In this document: in pieces, positions 40,101-49,000 of the stretch
Numbering within the stretch: the first letter of the stretch is position 1
Layout of the letters: the number at the start of each line of letters is the position of its first letter
Origin: Azolla caroliniana
Lineage: Eukaryota > Plantae > Polypodiophyta
DNA length: 64,000 bases
Assembly: GCA_043228905.1 (NCBI GenBank)
Contig: JBHGNT010000011.1
Coordinates: 558,001-622,000, forward strand
Reading direction: 5' to 3'
Program-made: the position numbers and the translations under genes
Notes under the pieces: generated by a model
What the model was told of the DNA's origin: nothing
The model's database searches: none
Seen by the model: only the letters and a program-made list of their open reading frames with translations

Positions 40101-43100
40101 ACCATCGGTTCGACAACTGTCGGGTCTACGCACCCGATCTCCTCCGGTGAGAATGCGAAAGCCTTCCCGTGCCTCCCGAGCATTCTCCAAAACTAATCCT
40201 CCTCTGCCGGCAGTAGGAAGCCCCCCCCACCGACCTTGAGCTCCCGTAGCGTTATGTCGGTGAACCGGTGCCCTATGCCAGCCGGATTTCGTAAACTTGG
40301 GTCCGACGCGACCCCTTTTATCCGCTCCTCGTTGCCCTCCGGCAAGGGTGCCGCGACTGGCCTCACCTTCCGGTCCACAGTCTTGTATTTCGTATCCATA
40401 CGGGTCGTCCGATCCGACCCGATCCTTTCCCCGAAGTCTGCGATGACTTCGTACATTCCCATCGACCCTACCGGAACGGTCCAGTCTTCCCTAAGGTCTT
40501 CACCGATCACCTTTCGTAGTTCGCCCAAGGTGTCTTCAAAAGAGACCGCCTCCACGGCGCCGCTGATGTCCTCATCGGGGAAGAGGACTCCGCATCCCTT
40601 GAGCCGCTCCTCCGCTCGCTTCCTCTCCCTGCCGCTGACACTAGTTATAGTACAACCTCCGCTGTCGGAGAACCAAGATTTCCTACCTATGGTACAAGTC
40701 TTCTTCCGTACTGTACATTTGTGGGGTTCTTCCCGGGTGTCCGGATTGTCGCGGCCCCACGCCTTGACAACCCTCTCTAAAAATCCCCTCGGGTTTCGCT
40801 GCCGAGGGCCTCGCGGTTACGCTCGTGGTTTGGTCGCACCGTTAGGAACTAGACCGAGTGACGCCCGTCCTGGCTCTTGACTCTTGCATAGGTTGAACCG
40901 TTGTCCAGCACCTTGGTCTCCATCCGTGCCGCCGTGATATATGGCTCTCCTAGTATAACCGGATGCGAGGACGTCTCCTGCACGAAGAAGTGTTGGTCGA
41001 TCTCGACATCGCCGATTTTCACCCGTACGTTCGGACAGGCCCCATGTAGTTCTTCCGTGGCGCGCGTCGCTGCCCGTATCTTCCAGCCATGCTTGGTGTT
41101 GATCGGCCATTTACACTTCTTGTAGAAATCCATGGACATCAGGTTGATTTTGGATCCATGGTCTACCAACGCCACCACCGGTTCCAGAACGTTGTCAATC
41201 CGTACAGGGGTTTCCGTAGTCGCCCTGGCCCAATGCGGCTTCGTGTAGTGGCTTCCCGCCAGCTCATCTTCCAGGGCTCCGTCTTCTAGGTGCGTGGTTC
41301 ACACTTCCATTAGCTTCTCCGGTTCCGGCTCCGGCTCCGGCTCCGTCGAGAGCCTCTTCCGCTTCACCAAGTCTACGATAGAGTCGTGGAACTCCCTCTT
41401 GGCGATCCCCAGCACCTCCCGCAACGACAGCTCCACTTTACTGTCGAGGATTCGCTCTTCAAGGACCTTATGTAGGTTCGTTGCTCTCTCGATTTCGGTG
41501 CTCAACTGAAACCTCGCCTGCTTCTTCCCATCCGACACGCCTGGGTTGCCGGCACCGGTCAGTCTCGGTCCGAACCGGGTCTCATACCTCGGGGAGCCAA
41601 CCCCTCCGGCCTTTCCTGCCCATTTGTCCTCCACCAGAACCTCATAGTTCTTGCAAGCGGCTTCTACGAAGCCCATTTTCTCTTCGACCGGATCGTCCCA
41701 ACCGGTGACCTCCTGGACCCGCTGTTCCGCGCGGTCCGCCTCTTCCTTCCTCAGCCGAACTCCGGAGAGGCCTTCTAGCACTAGCGGCCAGAATCCGGAG
41801 TCCTTCACCTTCCGAGTCTCATCACCCCCGACCCGAATTCCCGTCGACACCGAGTAGTTGACGGCTTCGACGTGCCGTGCCGTGGCCTCTTCCATCAACC
41901 TCTTCATTCCGTCACGCCCCGTATTCAGTTCTAGGGCTCTCCGGGTCTCCCTCGCATGCACCCGCCCGTTCCAGAGGTACACCACGTTGGTCCTGAGCGC
42001 GTCGGCGAAATCCGCGCAATCCTTCCGAATGTGACCGATCGTGTCACACCACATGCACCGATGCCCAGCCGGCGGCCTCCGGTCGCGAGGTTGTTCACCG
42101 CTGTCTCTCCGGGCCCGTGCGATCTGCAGGTCGCGCACCATCTGTGTTAGCTCCTCCAGAGCCGCTCCTCCGGATGGGCCTCTGACCACGTCGCTCAATG
42201 TCGTCCCCGACTCCGGCCAGATTCGGGTCTCTTCCTTCCTCCCAGCCGGCACCGAAACCGGCTCCTCGAGCCTCCTCCTCGGGACCAGCCCCGACCCCGA
42301 CGTGCTTCCGTCGCTCCAATCGCGCCGTTTGTCGAAACGGCTGCAGACCCGTTTTACCACGGCCCAATCTGTCATGAGCCCTTCGTTTGTTTCCAGTAGG
42401 GGACCCACCTTTTCCCTGTCGAGCGCATCCACCGACTTGACAAACAGCAGCACTAGACTTGTTTCGAGCACCGTCCGGTTCAGCGTTGACAGCCGCGCGA
42501 ACCGTTTTTTGAACTCCTGGAGGAACACCGACGTGTTCTTCCCTTTTCCGGGGCTTTCCACCCACGCCATGAAGTCCCGCCTTGACAGCCGGAGCGAGTC
42601 GTCAAACCCGTACTTCTCGAGGAGCTGCAACTCGAACTCCTCCCAAGTCTGGCATCTGGCCAACACCTCGAGCACCTCCGCATGGATGCCCGGCGTCACC
42701 ACTTGAGGGAATCCGGACAGCCGCTTGTACACCGGGATATCCCTCATGATCATTTCGGCCCGGTAAGCCTCCAAATAACTTGTGGCGTCTTTCCCTCCGA
42801 AACGGCCTATAGAGCCGACGATCGATTCAATGGCTCTATCGAGGGTACCCGTTCCCTCACGAGCGCTCACCAGCCGGTCGATGGCCACCGCCATTGCCTC
42901 TGCTAGCTCCGATCCCCTCATCTTACAACTCCTTTGCCGCCCTTTCACGTCGAGTTCACCAAAGATGTCACGTTGTTACGTGCGTACGTGTAGAAAGGGG
43001 CGGGACCACAGGGGTCTTGGACCGAGGAGCGAGAGAGAGAGAGAGACAGAGAGAGATTCACCGACACGTAGAAGCTAGAAAGAGAGATATAGAACATAAC

Positions 43101-43587
43101 ACTTAATTATAATGGCAAGAGATTACAAACTCCGACAGTTACAACCGACAAAGCGGCGACAGACCTGACACGGGGACCCTACTCACGCACACCGACGACA
43201 GTCACACGACTCAAAAAAAAACAAAGGGGAAAGGGAGCGACTCTGTTGGAAGCACACGGGCTGTCCACGAAGCAGAGGCAGCGACCTCCCGACACCCGCA
43301 GAGAGCGACGATTCGAGTTCGAGTCGAAGAGAGAGAGCTCCGCCTTCCGTTCTGCATCAACACTTCCCTCCCTCCTCGCGCGCGATGCCTCGTTTTCTCT
43401 TCTCCTCTTCCCTTTATTCCATGTCCCCCTCTGGGATACGCACAATCCCCCTCTAATAAATGTGTGTGGCTTAGTAGTCACATCCACCGGTTCGTGTACA
43501 AAGTATCCAGTCACGCGTCCATCCGTGTAGGGGCCGGTTTACGCGCTTTCTCTCCGATTCCGCCTATGGCTTGTTTTTGTCACGACA
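37132..43587 (-). mobile_element. E5: GC-rich Ty3/Gypsy element inserted in the E4 LTR; RNase H deleted
   Basis: Similar LTRs of ~620 bp at 37132-37750 and 42966-43587; PBS TGGTGAACTCGACGTGA next to 42966; PPT TGGGGGTGCA; gag 41299-42948, protease LVDHGS 40849-41178, RT 39220-40183, integrase 37900-38990; TSD GCAC/GCGC. Confidence 0.93.
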
Positions 43588-44759
43588 GCGCGTACGTCCG
43601 AAAACGTCCACGCGGCCATGCACACACACGCGCGTACACCCGAAGCATGCACACCACATAGTGTAGCCCAAGTCACCTTGAACATTCTATGCTCCACACA
43701 TTGATAGAATAAATATGTTTTGGTTTCCCTTATATATTCTGGGTTCCAATGTTGTCCTATCTATGTGGGATATCTCACAATTTTGTCTTTGCTTTTCTTT
43801 TCTTCAAACTTCACACTCACATAACTTGATATTTGTTTATCCGTTTTATGCGTAGTAAAATACACTATGAAGCTCTTGAACACATTTATCTTTCTATATC
43901 CATATATTAAGCTAATCGTAAATAATTATTTTACTAGTTTTCATATCGTGTGTGAAAAACCACACGACACCGGTGGACCGAGCCAACCTACTCGGATGGA
44001 AGTCGAAGAATCAATGAAGAAAGGAAAAGAACGAGCGACACCGACTTATAAGCTAAGGTCAGACATAGAACAAACAACTTATTTGCAGAAGGTCCTTGAG
44101 GAGAAGGTTTTAGACAGTCATGTCGACCTTACTTTGAGAGAACTGCGTGGGATCGCGAAGAAGGAGTTCCATGATACTATCGTGGACCTTATAAAAAGGA
44201 AGCCGCAACAATCTGATGAAGAGGAGGAAAAAACAAGTGCCATAACCATGGCAAGATCAGAAGAGGAGGAAGAAGAAGAAGAATTGGTGGCGGATAGCCA
44301 TTACTCTCAACCTCATTGGGCAAGAGCGACAACGGAGACGCCGGTGAAGATCGAGGAGAAGAAAGAGACCGTGGTAGCCTTGATTGACCATGGCTCAGAG
44401 ATCCACCTCATGTCGACCGAGTTATACAAGAAAGGAAGATGGCCGATTAATACAAACCACGGATGGAAGATTCGAGCGGTGACAAAGGCCATGGAGGACT
44501 TGTATGGAGCTTGCCCCAATGTTAAAGTCACGATTGGGGATGTTGAGATTGATCAACACTTCTTCGTGCAAGACTCGGCTTCGCATCCTGTCATCCTAGG
44601 ACAACCATATATAACATCGTCCCGGATGGAGACTAAGGTGTTTGATAACAGAGCAGCCTTCGCGCGCATCAAGAGTCTTGATAGTAAAATATATGTTCAA
44701 TTCCTAACGGTGCGAGCTAATCACGAAAGGAACCGAGATAGCCTTGGAGGCGAATCCTC

Positions 44760-44822
44760 GGATTTATAAAGCGGACTATTGAAGCATGGGGCACAAATAG
44801 TCCGACCAATCATAAGTCCCCA
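44760..44822 (+). promoter_or_regulatory. Putative -1 programmed ribosomal frameshift signal (heptamer plus pseudoknot) of E3; homologues at 49973-50034 (+) and 40721-40786 (-)
   Basis: G GAT TTA TAA ends gag-pro; pol continues in the -1 frame; stem CGGACTATT/AATAGTCCG; loop TGGGG pairs with downstream CCCCA. Confidence 0.8.
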
Positions 44823-45373
44823 CAAGGAAGCAGAGTGCGTGTATTGCAAGGAGAAGCAACATGCGTCACACCTAGCGGCGCATGCAAACTAAGACTACTC
44901 AACAAGAAGGAAAAGTGTTAGATACAAGACTTCGAGGAGGTGCTGAAAGAAGAAAGCATAATCGAAGAAGAAGAATTCGTGTCTCATATTCTGGAGGAAG
45001 CCTCATTTAACGACACCATCGGCGAAATCGAGGAAGTCGTGGACTTGAGCTATCCTCACCATCAACATGTGATTTTGGTTAACTCTCCCTCGCCCTCTCT
45101 CTTCTAATCGTGTTTTAATTATGTTTCTCTAGTTCGTAATAGCACCTCTCTCTTTCATTTTTATTAGTATGGTAATCCTCTTCCCTCCCCGTAACCCTTG
45201 TTTTTAAATTTTAATTATGTTTTTCGTCTCGTATTTTAGTTTTAATCTTAGGTTTATTTATGTTTTAATCTCTCTCTCTCTCTCTCTTTAGTTTTAATCT
45301 TAGGTTTATTTATGTTTTAATCTCTCACTCTCTCTCTCCCTCTTTAGTTTTAATCTTAGGTTTATTTATGTTT

Positions 45374-45417
<44 letters not shown>

Positions 45418-46049
45418 TTTAATTAGTATGTTAATACCCCTCCCTTTAAGCCTATCTTTTAATTTCTTTCTAATTACCCCACCCTTTACTTTATTTTTAG
45501 GTTCATGTTTCTAGATTTAGATTTTATGTTTGTTAGTTTTCGGGTTATGTTTTTTGTTTTAGTGTTTATGTTTCTAATCTTAGTGTTTAAACCCCTACCC
45601 CTCTTCCTTTTTGTTATTCCTAATCATGCCGGCTCCCTCTCCTTTCTTCTACCTCGTCTTCGATTCGGGTGCGCTCAAATCGAGCGTGGTGTTCCTCTTC
45701 GCCTACCTCTACCCGCCGATGATCGACCATTCCGCACTCCTTGTTCCGACCGTAAGGTCCATAAACTTACAATCATAAGTCCCCACAAGGAAGCAGAGTG
45801 CGTGTATTGCAAGGAGAAGCAACATGCGTCACACCTAGCGGCGCATGCAAACTAAGACTACTCAACAAGAAGGAAAAGTGTTAGATACAAGACTTCGAGG
45901 AGGTGCTGAAAGAAGAAAGCATAATCGAAGAAGAAGAATTCGTGTCTCATATTCTGGAGGAAGCCTCATTTAACGACACCATCGGCGAAATCGAGGAAGT
46001 CGTGGACTTGAGCTTTCCTCACCATCAACATGTGATTTTGGTTAACTCT
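44807..46049. repeat. 280-bp direct duplication (44807-45086 and 45770-46049) enclosing a 683-bp foreign insert
   Basis: One mismatch seen between the copies (AGCTATCC vs AGCTTTCC); the insert is pyrimidine-rich with (CT)n-linked repeats. Confidence 0.92.
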
Positions 46050-49000
46050 GTCAACATGTACGCTATCATCGATGAATATCATCAAAGCATCTTGATGGAG
46101 GAAGTTGAAGTCAATACAAAATATAAAATCGTGGATAGGAAAATCAAGCCAGTTGCAATTCCGCTACTGGAAGATAGCTGGCAAAAGATGAAGGAAGTTG
46201 CAGAAGATCCAAGCTTAAGGAATCCAAATACAATTGGTCACGTCTTCACTGATGAGACGAAAGGGAAGCTACGAGTTGGAAGGGAAGATTTCCTCCTCCC
46301 TGAAGAGGAGCGGATGTTCCGTGGAATGCTTGAAAGACATGGGAAGGCTTTCGCATTTTTCCCACAAGAAATCGGGTGTGCTAATCCAAGGATGGTAGAG
46401 CCAATGGTGATCTTCATGGTGCCGCATGTGCCTTGGAATTTGAAACCGATACCGGTTCCGAGAGCACACTTACCAAAGTTGATGGAGCTCTTAAAGGAGA
46501 AGGTGAATATGGGAATTCTAGAACCGTCAAACGCTCCTTATTCTAATAGGTGGTTCACGGTGACGAAGAAGAATGGATCGTTGCGATTCATTCAAGATCT
46601 TCAACCCGTCAACAAGGTGACAATTCGGAATGCTAGAATCGGTCTGAGTGTGGATGAATTTGCCGAGGTGTTTGCGGGCCGGTCCATCTACTCCATCGGC
46701 GATCTCTACTCTGGCTACGATCAATTCCAATTGGCGGTCGACAGTCGTGACATTACAACCATGAGAACTCCAATCGGGTTGGTGCGGATATGTACCTTAC
46801 CTCGAGGCGCAACGAACTCGGTGACTCATATGGTGAATGCCATGAACAAGGTCTTGAAGGATTGCATCCCGGATATCACGATGTCATTCTTGGATGATAT
46901 CCCAATAAAAGGATGTTCGGATGAAGAGAAGGATGAATCAAAAGATAAGCATGAATGTAGAAAGTTCGTCGTGGATCATATGAAAGATTGCGAGAAGGTG
47001 CTTCAAAGGCTTGAAGATGCGAATTTGACATTTTCGGGAGAAAAATCCGCATTCGGGCAACCGGAGATCTTGGTGGTAGGTCACTTGTGTGGAGCATACG
47101 GTCGGAAGCCTTCGCCATCCAAGGTGAATGCAATCCAAGACATGAAAGTAGAATGCATAACCCAAACGGAGGTTCAAAGGTTCCTTGGAGCATGCACATT
47201 TTATCATATTTGGATTCCACACTACGCCCACATCGATGTGCCATTATATGGTCTACTAAAGAAGAAGCGGAGGTTCGAATGGAAAAGTGAGCATACAATC
47301 ACCATCCAAAGGCTAAAGAAATTGTTGATGGAGGCACCTGCATTACGGAAGGCGGACTATTCAGACGGCAAGCCCATTTTCATGACTGTGGATACTAGTC
47401 CAATCAGAATCAGATGGGTTATCAACCAAGAAGATGAAGATCACAACCGATATGCAATTCGGTTTGGCACAGAAGTGTTAAGTGATAGGCAAAGAAGGTA
47501 TGCCCAAGTGAAGAGGGATCTATGGGGAATCGTCTCGGCAATCAAATCTGATCGTGATTACCTTATTGGAGCAGAAGTCATAATTTAGACAAATTGCCTA
47601 CCAATTTTGGGTATGATATCTGGTTGTAATACACCAGATATTGCCATGTTGCGTTGGATTGCATATATCAAATCACTCAACACGGAGATCTGTCATGTAG
47701 CTGGGAAGTGTAATGTCGTTGCAGACATGCTATCACAAGCGAGATACGACGGAGAAGAAGATCGACATTATGATGAAGAGGATGTTGGCTTGGATTTCTT
47801 TACAAGTTCCTACACTCGGGTGCTGACTACTTTCATAGAAGAGGATTACGAGGGCGAATTCGTGGAGATCGGGAAATACTTGAGTTCTCTCCAAAAAGAT
47901 GAATCATGGTCGACGGAAGACTTCCACCGAATTCGGAAGAAGGCATACAAGTATTTCCTTAAGGATGGAGCTCTTTGGAGGCATGCGAAAAAGAAGAATG
48001 GGACTCCAATGAGAGTTGTCTGCAAGCTAGAAGACCGACAAAAACTAATGTCTGAATTTCATGATAGTGTTTTTGCAGGTCATCGAGGAATATGGGCTAC
48101 GTTTGCGAAGCTTAAGGAGAAATATTGGTGGCCGGGCATTTACAAAGATGTAGCAGCTTATGTGGAAACATGTAAGGAATGTCAGATGTTTTCAAATATT
48201 CGTCATCGAGATGAACTTCATCCGACTTACCCGTTGGCTATGCCTTACAAGTGGATGGTGGACATCGCGATGATGCCAATGGGGCGATGGCAGATGAAGT
48301 ATCTTGTGCTCGCGAGAGAGGATCTTACCAATCAAGTTGAAGGGCGAGCATTGAGAACTAAGGAGACATCATCGGTATGCAGATTCCTTCTTGAAGATGT
48401 TATTTGCAGATATGGATGTGTCGGCAAGGTAGTGGCTGATAGAGGCGAGCTAGACGCCAATGAAGCTAGAGAATTCTTCTTTAGGATGGGAATTAAATTA
48501 TCTCTTACCATGGCGTATAATCTGGAAGCAAATGGGAAAGTGGAACGTGGACATGGACTGATTGTGAAGGCTCTAGTGAAAGCTTGCCATGGGAAAATAG
48601 GAGAATGGTTGCGTCTATTGCCATTTGCACTATGGGCTAACAGGACAACTCATAGCACGGTGACGGCCACTTTGTCTAGATGGATGAATGTGGCCAAGTT
48701 CCCAAAAACTGACTGGTAATCAAATGGAACCGGAACTAGCCGGTAAGCAATTCGGAACTGGCCGGAAAGCAATCCGGAACATATCGGTAAGCAAACCGGA
48801 ACCGGTCGGAAAGAAACCGAAACCAGTTGGAAAGCAAACCAGAACAGGCCGGTAAGCAATCCGGAACCGGCCGGTACTCAAATCGGAGTCGGCGAAATCG
48901 GCAATCGGATGGTGTCAGAAACTGGGCGGATCCGACAATCGGCGACCGAACGAGGCTAGACGTGGACCGAACGGATTGGATGGGCAGCGATCAAGACGGA

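Larger units (their letters stand above)
33289..43969 (-). mobile_element. E4: non-autonomous Gypsy derivative inserted in E3 gag
   Basis: TSD CCGG at 33285-88 and 43970-73; 5' LTR 36028-43969 (split by E5); PBS 36003-36019; PPT next to 33922; 3' LTR 33289-33922; gag N-terminus 35483-35980; no RT. Confidence 0.85.

Noticed and set aside
37700-43100. Many overlapping ORFs on both strands
   Set aside because: Expected from high GC content; only the gag/pol frames carry recognisable motifs
45505-45855. Hydrophobic 116-aa ORF suggesting an env-like membrane protein
   Set aside because: Hydrophobicity comes from T-rich low-complexity DNA, and the ORF runs out of frame into the duplicated pol segment
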